Shown: positions 1-10,705 of the stretch, in pieces
How the letters are laid out: every line of letters starts with the position of its first letter
How positions within the stretch are numbered: position 1 is the stretch's first letter
Source: Desulfobacterales bacterium
GTDB taxonomy: Bacteria > Desulfobacterota > Desulfobacteria > Desulfobacterales > UBA5852
Length of the DNA stretch: 64,000 bases
Direction: 5' to 3'
Assembly (NCBI GenBank): GCA_963674755.2
Contig: CAXXVS010000002.1
Location: 2,176,001-2,240,000 of the forward strand
Notes under the pieces: generated by a model
What the model was told of the DNA's origin: nothing
Seen by the model: only the letters and a program-made list of their open reading frames with translations
Databases searched by the model: none
Translations under genes and position numbers: made by a program

Positions 1-211
1 CGTCGAACGCCATGGTTTTGATCTCTTCCATCCTCTGATTTGCCAACATGGTCGCCTGGCTGGTCATATTGCCCACAGCGGTATTGCGTACCGAAAGCAT
101 CTGCATACGGGCGACCGCCAAAAGACCAATGGCGAAAATACTGATACCGATCAATACTTCGATGACGGTGAACCCGGACTCCGCCGATTTTTGTCCTTGA
201 ATCTGTGTCAT
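1..211 (-). CDS. pilV: Type IV pilus modification protein PilV-like (partial, runs off window start)
   Basis: Manual translation MTQIQGQKSAESGFTVIEVLIGISIFAIGLLAVARMQMLSVRN... shows a prepilin G|FTxIE motif plus hydrophobic helix; lies directly downstream of a FimT-like gene. Confidence 0.75.
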   Translation of the reverse strand, partial: MTQIQGQKSAESGFTVIEVLIGISIFAIGLLAVARMQMLSVRNTAVGNMTSQATMLANQRMEEIKTMAFD

Positions 212-244
212 GCTTGCTCCTTTGCCATCACTCCCCTGATCGGT

Positions 245-715
245 CTATAGATGTTCCATCCGTACACGCCCGAACGAACTGACGACAACACTGTAACGCT
301 CACCACCTGGCGAGGTCATGGTAATCGTTCCGGTACTGCTTGGCCCGTTGGCCATGCCGCGCGAGTTGAACGCCATATCCTGGCCGACGAAAGTGTTATT
401 CGTAATGGTTACGCCCGGGGATAGTGTTCTTGAGGCAATGATGTCTTCGCCGCCGTCTCTAATGCCGTTGCCATTGGTATCCACAAAAGCCTGGTAGGAG
501 GTTGTATCGGGAAAAGTCACCACCACGTTGGTGTTGTGTTTGATGGCCCGCAGCTTGGCCGATTCAAAAACAGCGCGGAGTTCGCTGGCATCCCCCTTGA
601 CCTTGGATCGATCACGCCATGCCAGAAAAGACGGTGTTATGACACCTGCAAGCACACCGAAAATGGCGATGACGATCATAAGTTCAAGAAGTGTAAATCC
701 TTTATTGCGCGACAT
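245..715 (-). CDS. GspH/FimT-family minor pilin
   Basis: N-terminal KGFTLLELMIVIAI prepilin motif; C-terminal FNSRG...VSSFGRVR typical of FimT/GspH. Confidence 0.85.
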   Translation of the reverse strand: MSRNKGFTLLELMIVIAIFGVLAGVITPSFLAWRDRSKVKGDASELRAVFESAKLRAIKHNTNVVVTFPDTTSYQAFVDTNGNGIRDGGEDIIASRTLSPGVTITNNTFVGQDMAFNSRGMANGPSSTGTITMTSPGGERYSVVVSSFGRVRMEHL

Positions 716-1255
716 GTTTCCTCCTCACAGAAATGGATACTGGCGTATGAAGCAAAAAATATTCCATAACCATTGATAAAAACATCCGGATTCGCACATA
801 ACTGCTATCAATATTTTTAACTTTTCGTATTTATTTGATTTTTGTATAAGGATGGGCCGACTCTCATTATTCCAAAAACCTGTCTGCCATTGACAATCGA
901 GGGAAAAATCCGCTGGGTATTAAAAAATTTTGATCGCCCATTAACTTTTTTAATACTTTGTAAATTGCCCGTGCTATGGGGAAGGATGGCCTAACACAAG
1001 TGAAGACGCAGCGTTTGATCGTAGACACAACGGAACTCATTCGCAAACGCAGCCATGGGGGAAAACAAGGGAAATCGAATCGGCAATACACTAACAATTG
1101 CTGCTTTGACATAAAATTATGGATAAGACAGGGGCCTTACGATAGATGAGTTCCGTGCCCGCAATTTATAGCGGTCAGGTCCTGTTTAAGCCTTATAGCG
1201 ATAGCAAAACGCAATGTTATGCTCAGGCGACCGCGAATCCAGGCAGGACAGGGCA

Positions 1256-2077
1256 TCAAGCCTGAAGCCGGACGACCGCGTTTCGAAATAGCTGAACACC
1301 CGGCGCCAGGCCGTCCGGCAGGGGCACTTGCCCGTAGCGTCGATGGTCGTCGCACCGACGGGTCCACAAAGGATGATTAGTCCAGTGGTTATAGGCTTCA
1401 GGGTGCGGCATCAACCCAAAAACGCGACCGGTGGGATCGCAAATGGCGGCCACATCCTCCAGAGAGCCATTCGGGTTGAACGGGAAGGCCTCGGCGGCAG
1501 GCGTACCGTCCGGTTTTGCATAACAGGCCACGATCTGATGATTGGCCTCCAGCCGGGACAGAATCTCCGGGGCGGTGTAAAACTTGCCTTCTCCATGGCG
1601 GATGGGCAAATCAATCTGATCGATGCCCTCTGTGAACACACAAGGCGTTTGCGGGTTTATTTTAAGGGTTACCCAATCGTCGCGGAAATTGCCGCAATCG
1701 TTATTGGTCAGTGCGACGGAGCGGGTTTGGTAATCGCCGTCGAAGCCGGGCAGCAGGCCCAGGTTGACCAATGTCTGAAACCCGTTGCAGATGCCGATCA
1801 CCAGACGTTGATCGTCCACAAAAGACTGCAACTGATCCCCGATGTTGGTGCGCATACGTACGGCCTGGAGTACCCCGGCGCCATGGTCGTCACCCCAGCT
1901 GAATCCCCCCCCGAAGGCCAGGATCTGAAAATCGTCAAGACGCGCGGAACCGTCGATAAGGGCATTGATATGTACACGCTCGGTTTCGGCACCGGCCAGC
2001 TCCAGCGCATGGGCGGTTTCCAGGTCGCAGTTCAGTCCAAACCCGGTCAATACGAGGGCACGTATTTTGACAGTCAT
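1256..2077 (-). CDS. purQ: Phosphoribosylformylglycinamidine synthase glutaminase subunit
   Basis: GGFSWGDD, GICNGFQ and MPHPE motifs; overlaps the purL stop. Confidence 0.95.
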   Translation of the reverse strand: MTVKIRALVLTGFGLNCDLETAHALELAGAETERVHINALIDGSARLDDFQILAFGGGFSWGDDHGAGVLQAVRMRTNIGDQLQSFVDDQRLVIGICNGFQTLVNLGLLPGFDGDYQTRSVALTNNDCGNFRDDWVTLKINPQTPCVFTEGIDQIDLPIRHGEGKFYTAPEILSRLEANHQIVACYAKPDGTPAAEAFPFNPNGSLEDVAAICDPTGRVFGLMPHPEAYNHWTNHPLWTRRCDDHRRYGQVPLPDGLAPGVQLFRNAVVRLQA

Positions 2078-5070
2078 ACCAGATCTCCAAAGGGTTTTTT
2101 CCAGGCGGCCTGTAGCCGGTCAAGGGGCAGATCGACCAGTGCCTGGCCGTCATGGCCGCTGATCACCATGCGGGGCGCCTCGGTGACAACACCGAGGCAG
2201 CCGCAGGCATGCTTGCCCATGGTCTCTTCAAACGCTTTCTGGGATTGCGGCGGGACCGTCACCAGAAAACGGCCGGCCGACTCGGAAAAGAGCAGCTTGT
2301 CTTCCCTTAGCGATGTCTCCACAGGGATCTGGGGCAGGTCGAGCTGGAGTCCCAACCCTCCGGCCAGGGCCGCTAATACGGCATGAACGGCCAGGCCACC
2401 CCGGTAGATACCCCGCACCGATGCCACCAGGGAGGTGCTGATCGCCGTCTGCAAATCGCGGTAAAGGGGCTGGAAGCTCTCAGATCGCACCTGGGGTACG
2501 TTCTGCCCCACATAGCCAAGGTGCTCATAATATTCCGAGCCCCCCAGCTCATCCCGCGTCGTTCCCAGCAGGTAGACCAGATCCCCGGGCGCCTTGAGGT
2601 CCATGGTCATGCAGCAGGTGATGTCCGGCACCAGAGACAGGGCACTGAATTGAATGGTTTCCGGCGCGGACACCTTATGGCTGATGCCGTAACGGCCAGG
2701 CAAGTTGCCGTCCACATACATGCTGTCCTTGCCGGACAGCAGCGGAATGCCATAGGCCAGACAGGTGTCGCGCAAGGCCCGGCAGGCCCTCACCAACTGG
2801 GCCGCCTTGAACTTGCCGTCGGGATTTTTGTCCGGATGGTACTGAATGTTGGGCCAGCAGAAATTATCCACGCCGCCCACATGGTCGACAGCCCCGCCTA
2901 CGGCGATGACCCGCCGCAGGGCTTCGTCGATGGTGCAGGCCGTCATGTGATAGGCATCCACCGCCGAATAGGTCGGCAAAAGCGCCTGTGAAAAAGCCAG
3001 CCCGCTGCGGCTTGCCAGTACGGGCCGAATCACGGCCGCGTCGCTGGGCACATCGCGGTTGACGCCCACAAGCGGCTTGACGACGCTGCCGCCCTGAACT
3101 TCATGGTCGTACTGGCGCACGACCCATTCCTTGGAACTTACGTTGGGCCGGGCCATCATATCCAGCAGAAGCTGGGCATAATCCGACGGCGGTCCCAATA
3201 CCGGCTCCCGCAAGCCCCGGGCTTCCGGAGGCAACCACTCGGCGTCGAATTCCCATTGGGGAAAGCCGGATTCGAGAAAGTCCAAATCGACGTAGGCGCA
3301 CGTTTTATCGTTGTATTGGATGTGGAGCTTGCCCGAATCGGTATACCTTCCGATGACGGTGCTCTCCACGGCATGCCGGCGTGATAGCGCCATGAAGCGT
3401 TCCACATCCTCCGGTCGGACCGCAACCGTCATTCTTTCCTGGGATTCCGATACCCAGATCTCCCATTGATCCAGGCCTTCATATTTGAGCGGCACTTTTT
3501 CCAGATTCACGGCACATCCGTTGGAAAACTGGGCCGATTCGCCGATGGAAGACGACAGGCCACCGCCGCCGTTATCCGTAATGAACTGGATCAAGCCCTC
3601 GTCGCGGGCTTCCAGGAGAAAATCATGCATCTTCTTCTGGGTGTATGGGTCGCCGATCTGCACATGCCCGGCCGGCGTATGTTCGGAGAAGATTTCCGAA
3701 GAAGCCGTCACCCCGTGGATACCATCCTTGCCCACGCGGCCGCCGCACATGATGATGCAGTCCCCGGGGGTGGTGGTCTTCTGATCGGCCGGCGTGTCCC
3801 CCACCTTGGCCGGCATGAGACCGATCGCCGTCACGAATACCAGGCATTTGCCCAGATATCCCGGGTTGAACAGGATATGACCGAAAGTGGTCGGGATACC
3901 GCTTTTATTGCCCCCGTCCCGCACGCCTTCGATGACACCGTCCAGCAGGCGCCGGGGGTGCAGGTGAGGCTGAAGGTCCCCGTCGTAATCCCGCGGTCCC
4001 ACGCAATAGCCGTAGCCGCCCATCAGCAGTCGGGAGCCTTTGCCGGTTCCCAGAGGATCGCGGTAGACCCCCACGATACCGGTGATGGCCCCGCCGTAAG
4101 CCTCCATATTGGAGGGTGAGTTGTGGGTCTCACCGGTGATGACATAGAAGTGGTCCTCATCGAAACGGCCGATACCGGCATTGTCCCACAGGACCGACAC
4201 CACCCAGTCCTTTTCAGCCTGCAGCTTCAGGGTCGGCGCTTCGATGCAGGTCTTGAAAAGGCTGTCGATGTCTTCGGAAAATCCGGTCAGGGGTTCGGTG
4301 TAGTGAAACAGACCCCGAAAGGTATTGTGGTTGCAGTGATCGCTGCGGGCCTGGGAGATATATTCCAGCTCCAGGTCGGTGGGGTCGGACAAACCCACCC
4401 GGCGGCGCGCCGCCTGGACGCTCTCTTTTAGAAAGTACCGGCGAATCGTGGGAATGTCGTTGGGATTCAGCGCCAGGTTGCGTTCATCGCTCACGGCCTG
4501 CAGATGACGGTCGCTGTCGATGGGAATGGTGCTCACGGTGGGGGTATGGTCCAGCTTTACTTTGGGGAGGATGATGCCGACGCCTTGGGCGGGATCCCAG
4601 GCTTCGGCCTGGAAGACTTTCCATTGCTGGATAATATCATTGGCCAGGAGATCCCCGGCGATCTTGCGGGCGTCTTTTTCAGTCAGGCTCTGGCCTACCA
4701 GGCAGTAACGTTTGGAGGTGTACAACCCCTCCCCCGCGGCCAAGCGAATCCCCAGAATATCTTCGATGGCTTCCTTGCCCGTGCTGCCGGGATTGTCGCG
4801 TACCCCGGGGCGAAACCCGATCCAAACCGTCCAGTCAAAAGCCACCGGCAGCGGTTCGTAGGAGGACAGCTGGGTTACCGGATTGGTGAACACTTCCCCG
4901 CGAACGATGTCAAGCTGCTCCGGCGACAGATCGGCATCGATGGTGATGATCGATACGGTGCGCACCGTATCCAGCCGGATGCCGAAATAGTCCCATGCTT
5001 TGCGGCGAAGGGTTTCGCCCTCGGCATCGAACAATTCCGGTTTCAGGGTGACTTCAAGGCGATGAGGCAT
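2074..5070 (-). CDS. purL: Phosphoribosylformylglycinamidine synthase synthetase subunit with N-terminal PurS-like domains
   Basis: SDHCNH, ETHNSPS, DNGGGGLSS, SESQERM and QYDHEVQG motifs. Confidence 0.95.
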   Translation of the reverse strand: MPHRLEVTLKPELFDAEGETLRRKAWDYFGIRLDTVRTVSIITIDADLSPEQLDIVRGEVFTNPVTQLSSYEPLPVAFDWTVWIGFRPGVRDNPGSTGKEAIEDILGIRLAAGEGLYTSKRYCLVGQSLTEKDARKIAGDLLANDIIQQWKVFQAEAWDPAQGVGIILPKVKLDHTPTVSTIPIDSDRHLQAVSDERNLALNPNDIPTIRRYFLKESVQAARRRVGLSDPTDLELEYISQARSDHCNHNTFRGLFHYTEPLTGFSEDIDSLFKTCIEAPTLKLQAEKDWVVSVLWDNAGIGRFDEDHFYVITGETHNSPSNMEAYGGAITGIVGVYRDPLGTGKGSRLLMGGYGYCVGPRDYDGDLQPHLHPRRLLDGVIEGVRDGGNKSGIPTTFGHILFNPGYLGKCLVFVTAIGLMPAKVGDTPADQKTTTPGDCIIMCGGRVGKDGIHGVTASSEIFSEHTPAGHVQIGDPYTQKKMHDFLLEARDEGLIQFITDNGGGGLSSSIGESAQFSNGCAVNLEKVPLKYEGLDQWEIWVSESQERMTVAVRPEDVERFMALSRRHAVESTVIGRYTDSGKLHIQYNDKTCAYVDLDFLESGFPQWEFDAEWLPPEARGLREPVLGPPSDYAQLLLDMMARPNVSSKEWVVRQYDHEVQGGSVVKPLVGVNRDVPSDAAVIRPVLASRSGLAFSQALLPTYSAVDAYHMTACTIDEALRRVIAVGGAVDHVGGVDNFCWPNIQYHPDKNPDGKFKAAQLVRACRALRDTCLAYGIPLLSGKDSMYVDGNLPGRYGISHKVSAPETIQFSALSLVPDITCCMTMDLKAPGDLVYLLGTTRDELGGSEYYEHLGYVGQNVPQVRSESFQPLYRDLQTAISTSLVASVRGIYRGGLAVHAVLAALAGGLGLQLDLPQIPVETSLREDKLLFSESAGRFLVTVPPQSQKAFEETMGKHACGCLGVVTEAPRMVISGHDGQALVDLPLDRLQAAWKKPFGDLV

Positions 5071-5088
5071 GACGAGAACCTCTCTGGA

Positions 5089-6147
5089 CTAGAGGTGGAT
5101 AATGTCGTTATAGATCACGAAAATCATCAACAGAATCAGCAAAAAAATACCAAACTGCTGGGCAATTTCCCGGACCTTGATGCTTACCGGCCGCCGGCTG
5201 ATCATCTCGATGGTGAAGAAAAGCAAATGCCCGCCGTCCAGAACCGGTATCGGGAGAAAATTCAGTATCCCCAGATTGATGGAAATGACCGCCGTAAAGA
5301 CCATCAAATTCATCATGCCTTCTTTTGCTTGGGCACCGGCCATCTGAGCGATCTTGATGGGGCCGCCCAGGGTGGCGGCGGGCAGCTTACCCTGGATCAA
5401 TTTCACCACGCTCAATACCGTCAACTCGGTGATCTCCCAGGTTCGGGCAAAGCTCATTTGCACGGCATCCACGAAGGACAATTTCTTGGGAATCACATCG
5501 CCGGCCGAACGGATGCCGATAACATAGCGCTGGACATCCTCGCCGAAGAGATTCTGGGTGGTCGTAAGTTCGGGGCGCAGGTCGAGGGTCAGGCGCCGGC
5601 CGGCCCTCTCCACCACGACCGCCAGCGGCCGCCCCCCGCTTTCGGTAATCTGCGCCGCCATGTCCTCCCAGCTGCTGACCGCTTTACCATTGATGGCGAC
5701 GATCAAATCATCCTTTTGCAGACCGGCACGGGCGGCTGGCGACGGTGTATCCACTTCGCCCACCAAAGGCCGCAGAACATAGGTTCCGGAGATTTGAAAC
5801 ACCAGAAAAAAAATGATCACGGCCAGCAGCAGATTGAAAAATGGACCGGCGGCCACAATGAGAAAACGTTTAAAAACGCTTTTGTGGGTAAACGACTTGG
5901 GGATCAGGTAGGGTTCAATCTCCGAATCCGGCTCCTCGCCGACCATTTTGACATAGCCCCCCAAGGGGATCAGGGATATACGGTAATCGGTCATCCCGAA
6001 GGTCTTGCCGACGATGCGCGGGCCGAACCCCAGGGAGAATTTCTCGACACCGACCCCGAATAGGCGTGCCACCAGAAAATGGCCCAGCTCGTGGAAAAAA
6101 ATCAAGATCCCGAGAACGACGATGAATGCGAAAACACTGGTACTCAT
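5089..6147 (-). CDS. rseP: RIP metalloprotease RseP
   Basis: HELGH, GPFFN, PDZ domain, NFLPIPVLDGGH; follows dxr. Confidence 0.95.
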   Translation of the reverse strand: MSTSVFAFIVVLGILIFFHELGHFLVARLFGVGVEKFSLGFGPRIVGKTFGMTDYRISLIPLGGYVKMVGEEPDSEIEPYLIPKSFTHKSVFKRFLIVAAGPFFNLLLAVIIFFLVFQISGTYVLRPLVGEVDTPSPAARAGLQKDDLIVAINGKAVSSWEDMAAQITESGGRPLAVVVERAGRRLTLDLRPELTTTQNLFGEDVQRYVIGIRSAGDVIPKKLSFVDAVQMSFARTWEITELTVLSVVKLIQGKLPAATLGGPIKIAQMAGAQAKEGMMNLMVFTAVISINLGILNFLPIPVLDGGHLLFFTIEMISRRPVSIKVREIAQQFGIFLLILLMIFVIYNDIIHL

Positions 6148-6400
6148 TGGATTGACAGACGCTTTCCGAAGGCTGTCCCGGACCGTGCCGGGCGCATATG
6201 ATGGTAGTGGATTATTGCGAAGGGATCATAAGGGAATTGACGTGAAACTTCAAGCACCAGGTTGGCCCCCTGAAAAGATTGCCGCGGGGACGTAAGACGG
6301 TGCCAGGGCAGCGGGTATGTCAACGTCGGCAGGGACCCCGATGGGGTACCGCTTCCGGTAAAAGCTCCGGATAGCACCGGTTCCCATAGCGCTGCTGAAT

Positions 6401-6545
6401 AGTGCCCCTTCATAAATGGTAGATTTTGGTTTCTGACAAGGCCGCAGCCGACTGGCGCCCACAGGCGTAGCCCGGCTACGCCGAGGACCGACAGGAGGCG
6501 AGAACGCCGCCAGGGGCCAAAAAATGCTATTTATGAAGGGGCACT
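6401..6545. repeat. Structured inverted-repeat element (MITE/REP-like), copy A
   Basis: Perfect 17-bp terminal inverted repeat AGTGCCCCTTCATAAAT/ATTTATGAAGGGGCACT; core CAAGGC...AGGCGTA-N7-TACGCCGA...GAGAACGC shared with four other copies. Confidence 0.8.
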
Positions 6546-7702
6546 GATATGGCATCCGCGGCCGCCTGCCGGGCCCAACGATCCGCCGCACGGATCGTAT
6601 CGATGTCGGGCTGGGCCACCCAGGCATGCCGGGTCATGACCCCCTCGATGATGCGATGGATATCGGTAAAGGCCAGGCGGCGCTGCAAAAAAGCATGGAC
6701 GGCGATCTCATTGGCCGCATTGAGGACCGCCGGCAGGGTACCCCCCTGACGACAGGCCTCGTAAGCCAGGGCCAGGCAGGGGAACCGCTCCAAATCCGGC
6801 GCTTCGAAGGACAAATTCGCCAGAGCGGTAAAATCAGGATAGTCCAGTTGATGGGGCAGGCGTTTCGGATAGGACAGGGCGTAGCCGATGGGGCCTTTCA
6901 TGTCCGGGATACCGAGCTGGGCCAAAATCGAGCCGTCCACGAAGCCCACCATGGAGTGAATGATGCTCTGGGGGTGAACCACGACTTCGATCTGTTCGGG
7001 CGCCAGCCCGAACAAAAACCGGGCTTCGATAAATTCCAGGCCCTTGTTCATCAGGGTTGCCGAATCAATGGTAATCTTGGCGCCCATGGACCAGTTGGGG
7101 TGTTTGAGGGCATCCTCCGGGTGAATGGTGGCAAATTGGTCGGCCGGCAGGGTGCGAAAGGGCCCTCCGGAGGCCGTTAGAAAGATCCGGTCGACTTCCT
7201 GACGGGGATGGCGTCCGATGCATTGGAAAATGGCGCTGTGCTCGCTGTCCACGGGCAATATGGGCACCCCGGCGGCCGCGGCCCGGGCCATGACAAGCTC
7301 ACCGGCCATGACCAGGGTCTCCTTGTTGGCCAAAGCAATCGGTTTGCCCGCATCGATGGCGGCCAGGGTGGGCATCAAGCCGGCCGCGCCCACCACGCCG
7401 GTCACCACCATGTCGAGATCGGCGAGAGAGGCCGCGGCCGTCATGCCGGATTCGCCCCATAGCAACGCCACATCCAGATCGTCGGGCAAGATTTTCGCGA
7501 GTCGGTCGCGATCGGACTCTTCCAGCACCGCCGCCAGCCGGGGACGAAATTCCGTTATCTGGCCGGCGAGCCGCTCGATATTGCGCCCGGCCGTAAGGCT
7601 AAGGATGCGATAGCGGTCGGGGAACTGCCGCACGATGTCCAGCGTGCTGGTACCGATGGAACCGGTGGCGCCCAAAACCGCCAGATTTTTCTTTGCACTC
7701 AT
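6527..7702 (-). CDS. dxr: 1-deoxy-D-xylulose-5-phosphate reductoisomerase
   Basis: LGATGSIG, LANKE, PVDSEHSAIFQ, HPNWSMGAKITIDSATL; start placed at MSAKKNL (the ORF track extends to 7726). Confidence 0.95.
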   Translation of the reverse strand: MSAKKNLAVLGATGSIGTSTLDIVRQFPDRYRILSLTAGRNIERLAGQITEFRPRLAAVLEESDRDRLAKILPDDLDVALLWGESGMTAAASLADLDMVVTGVVGAAGLMPTLAAIDAGKPIALANKETLVMAGELVMARAAAAGVPILPVDSEHSAIFQCIGRHPRQEVDRIFLTASGGPFRTLPADQFATIHPEDALKHPNWSMGAKITIDSATLMNKGLEFIEARFLFGLAPEQIEVVVHPQSIIHSMVGFVDGSILAQLGIPDMKGPIGYALSYPKRLPHQLDYPDFTALANLSFEAPDLERFPCLALAYEACRQGGTLPAVLNAANEIAVHAFLQRRLAFTDIHRIIEGVMTRHAWVAQPDIDTIRAADRWARQAAADAISVPLHK

Positions 7703-7747
7703 GGTTAGGGGGTTCCTTAGCACCAAGGCATGGAAAAGGTGCCGACT

Positions 7748-8551
7748 TTAGAGCAGAACAATCAGGCCATAGGCCACCGGACCGGCAAACAGCAACGCGT
7801 CGATCCGATCCAGCATGCCGCCGTGGCCCGGTAGAATGCTGCCCGAATCCTTGATGCCGCTGGCCCGTTTCATCTGGGATTCGAACAGATCGCCGACCTG
7901 GCCGGCGGCCCCCACGGCCAGGCAGAAAAGCGCGCCCTTGCCCCAGGCGACGTCAGGGAATACAGCCAACTTCATGATCAGACCGGCCAACAGATTGCCC
8001 CCCAGGCCGCCCAGCGCGCCTTCCACGGTTTTCTTGGGGCTGATGGTGGGACAGAGCTTATGGCGCCCCAGGAAAGTTCCCGTGTAAAGCGCCAGGGTAT
8101 CGCCGGCGAAAACCACGAAAACCAGCGTGAAGATCAATAGGAACCCCTGGGGGGCCTGGCGGATGGGAATCAACAAAACGAGCAGCAGCGGAATGTAGAC
8201 GACCCCCAGGATTTGGCTCCGGACAATATCCAAAACCCGCGGGTCCCGGCCGAAATAGCGCAGGGACAGGACGCCGGACAGGAGGAGATTGGCCGCCAGA
8301 ATTCCCGGGATGAGGTCCAGGCGCCCGGCATGGGCAAGTGCGGTCAGGATCGGCACCATGAGCAGTCCCAGAACCGGAATCGGTCCAGGCAGGGTTTTCT
8401 GCCAGGCGTGGTAGGCAATGCGGTAGTATTCCAGCATCGCAGCCAGCCCCGCCGCGCCGATGAGGAGGACAAACAGGAGACCGCCGCGGTAAAGAATGTA
8501 GACCAGCACCGGGAGCAGCAGAAGGCCTGTAATCCAACGCTTTAAATGCAT
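7748..8551 (-). CDS. cdsA: Phosphatidate cytidylyltransferase
   Basis: ISPKKTVEG and GDLFESQMKRASGIKDSGSILPGHGGMLDRID motifs. Confidence 0.95.
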   Translation of the reverse strand: MHLKRWITGLLLLPVLVYILYRGGLLFVLLIGAAGLAAMLEYYRIAYHAWQKTLPGPIPVLGLLMVPILTALAHAGRLDLIPGILAANLLLSGVLSLRYFGRDPRVLDIVRSQILGVVYIPLLLVLLIPIRQAPQGFLLIFTLVFVVFAGDTLALYTGTFLGRHKLCPTISPKKTVEGALGGLGGNLLAGLIMKLAVFPDVAWGKGALFCLAVGAAGQVGDLFESQMKRASGIKDSGSILPGHGGMLDRIDALLFAGPVAYGLIVLL

Positions 8552-8608
8552 GCTCGCCCTCCTCGCTACGAAAATGGTTTCCGGCCGTTCGCCCGGTGCG
8601 GAGCGCTT

Positions 8609-9370
8609 TTAGCGGCCCGGGTCCGGATCGACTCGGCCAAAACGTCGTTCGCGCCCCTGGTAGTCCGTCAGGATCTGGATAAATTCCTCTTTCCCGAAAT
8701 CCGGCCACAGGGTGGGCGTGAAGCAAAACTCGGCATAGGCCAGTTGCCAGAGGAGAAAATTGCTCAAGCGCATTTCGCCGCTGGTGCGAATCAGCAGGTC
8801 GGGGTCGGGAATCTCCCGGGTGAACAGCTTGCCGGCCAGCAGCGCATCGTCGATGGAGGCCGGCGCCAGCCGCCCGGCGGCGGCCTCTGCGGCGACTTCC
8901 CGAACCGCATGGATGATTTCGGAACGCCCGCCGTAGCTAAGGGCCAGAATGAGGTTCAGCCCGTCATTGGAGCGCGTTTGGGAGCTGACCTCTTCCAGGG
9001 AACGGCGGACCTCGTCGGGCAGTCGATGGGTTTCGCCGATGGTGCGCAGGCGGATATTGTTGGTCCGCAGCTCCTCGGCCTCGGTTTTGAGAAATTTCTG
9101 AAGCAGGGCCATCAGGGCGTCCACTTCCATCTGTGGACGGGCCCAGTTTTCGGTGGAAAACGCGTAGAGCGTCAGGTAGGGGATGCCGATTTCGCGGCTG
9201 GCTCTGACAACGGCCCGCACCGCGTCCGCGCCTTTCTCATGGCCTTTGATCCGGTTGAGCAGCCGCTTTTTGGCCCAACGGCCGTTACCGTCCATGATGA
9301 TGGCCACATGCCGGGGCAGCCGTTGGGGATCGAGTCGGGCCGCTTCCGGTGAAGACGCATCAGAATTCAA
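8609..9370 (-). CDS. uppS: Undecaprenyl diphosphate synthase
   Basis: HVAIIMDGNGRWA, FSTENW, RTSGEMRLSNFLLWQ; probable TTG start at 9370 overlapping the frr end. Confidence 0.93.
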   Translation of the reverse strand: MNSDASSPEAARLDPQRLPRHVAIIMDGNGRWAKKRLLNRIKGHEKGADAVRAVVRASREIGIPYLTLYAFSTENWARPQMEVDALMALLQKFLKTEAEELRTNNIRLRTIGETHRLPDEVRRSLEEVSSQTRSNDGLNLILALSYGGRSEIIHAVREVAAEAAAGRLAPASIDDALLAGKLFTREIPDPDLLIRTSGEMRLSNFLLWQLAYAEFCFTPTLWPDFGKEEFIQILTDYQGRERRFGRVDPDPGR

Positions 9371-9917
9371 GGATTTCCTTCTCTTTGTCTTTATAGATAT
9401 CGTCGATCTGGCTGATGAATTCGTCGGTGATCTTCTGAACCTGGTCCTGCCCTTTGAAGGCGGCGTCCTCGGCAATCTCACCGTCTTTTTTGAGACTTTT
9501 CAGCAGCTCATTGGCATCCCGCCGGATATTGCGGATTGCGATCTTGTGATCTTCACAGGTTTTATGGACCGACTTCGCTAACTGCTTGCGGCGTTCCTCG
9601 GTCAGGGGCGGAATGGCGATCCGGATGATTTTGCCGTCGTTGGAAGGCGTCAGCCCGAGGTCGGACTTCATTAGGGCCTTTTCAATCTCCTTGATCACCG
9701 ACGCATCCCAGGGCTGAATCGTAATCAGCCGGCTTTCAGGCACGGACAACGAGGCCATTTGATTGATCGGAGTGGGGGTGCCGTAATAATCGACCCGGAT
9801 GCCGTCTAAAAGGGAAAGGTTCGCCCGCCCCGTCCGAACACGCTTCAGTTCGGTCTTCAGGGAGGCGATGGTTTTGCCCATAGTTTCCCGAGTATCCTCA
9901 TAGATGTCGTCTAACAT
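9360..9917 (-). CDS. frr: Ribosome recycling factor
   Basis: RTGRAN, YYGTPTP, PPLTEERR motifs; pyrH-frr-uppS synteny. Confidence 0.97.
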   Translation of the reverse strand: MLDDIYEDTRETMGKTIASLKTELKRVRTGRANLSLLDGIRVDYYGTPTPINQMASLSVPESRLITIQPWDASVIKEIEKALMKSDLGLTPSNDGKIIRIAIPPLTEERRKQLAKSVHKTCEDHKIAIRNIRRDANELLKSLKKDGEIAEDAAFKGQDQVQKITDEFISQIDDIYKDKEKEILEF

Positions 9918-9987
9918 GGGGCCACCTGTTCACTAAACGGTTGATCGTTGGGAAAGCGGCGGGGAACCACACCGACCGGAGAGCCGG

Positions 9988-10704
9988 TTAATGGTGAATC
10001 AATGTTCCGACGGACTCCCCACACACCACTTTCAGGATATTGCGGGCCTGATTGAGGTTGAACACGGAGAGGGGCAGCTTGTTATCCATCGCCAGGGAGA
10101 TGGCCGTCATGTCCATGACTTTCAGTTGCCGCTCCAGCACGTCCATGTAACTGACGTCCTTGAGAAAGCAGGCCTCGGGGTGGGTGACCGGATCCGCATC
10201 GTAAAGACCGTCCACCTTGGTGGCCTTGAGCAGGATTTCGGCATGGATCTCCTGGGCCCGCAAGACCGCGGCCGTATCCGTCGTAAAATAAGGATTGCCG
10301 GTACCGGCCGCAAAAATCACCACCCGTCCCTTATCCAAATGGCGCACCGCCCGTCTCAAAATATAGGGTTCGGCAACCTCGTGCATGGAAATGGCCGACT
10401 GGGTGCGTGTCTGGATGCCCTGCTTTTCCAAGGCATCCTGCAGGGCCAGGCTGTTGATGACCGTGGCCAGCATGCCCATGTGATCCGCCGAAGCGCGGTC
10501 CATGCCATAGGAACTGGCGGCAATACCGCGAAAGATATTGCCGCCCCCCACAACGATGGCGACTTGCACCCCCAGATCATGAACCGACTGCACTTCTTCG
10601 GCCACATACTTGATCATATCGGGGCTGATGCCGAAGCCCTGATCACCCATCAGGGCTTCGCCGCTCAGTTTCAGCAGGATTCTTCCATAGCGAGGTTGTG
10701 TCAA
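9988..10704 (-). CDS. pyrH: Uridylate kinase
   Basis: [27 protein letters not shown]. Confidence 0.97.
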   Translation of the reverse strand: MTQPRYGRILLKLSGEALMGDQGFGISPDMIKYVAEEVQSVHDLGVQVAIVVGGGNIFRGIAASSYGMDRASADHMGMLATVINSLALQDALEKQGIQTRTQSAISMHEVAEPYILRRAVRHLDKGRVVIFAAGTGNPYFTTDTAAVLRAQEIHAEILLKATKVDGLYDADPVTHPEACFLKDVSYMDVLERQLKVMDMTAISLAMDNKLPLSVFNLNQARNILKVVCGESVGTLIHH

Positions 10705-10705
10705 A

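Noticed and set aside
4504..6063. 519-aa plus-strand ORF
   Set aside because: Antisense shadow of purL/rseP in GC-rich DNA; no recognisable motifs
6144..6413. 89-aa ORF between dxr and rseP
   Set aside because: Its ATG lies inside the repeat TIR; no RBS or recognisable domain
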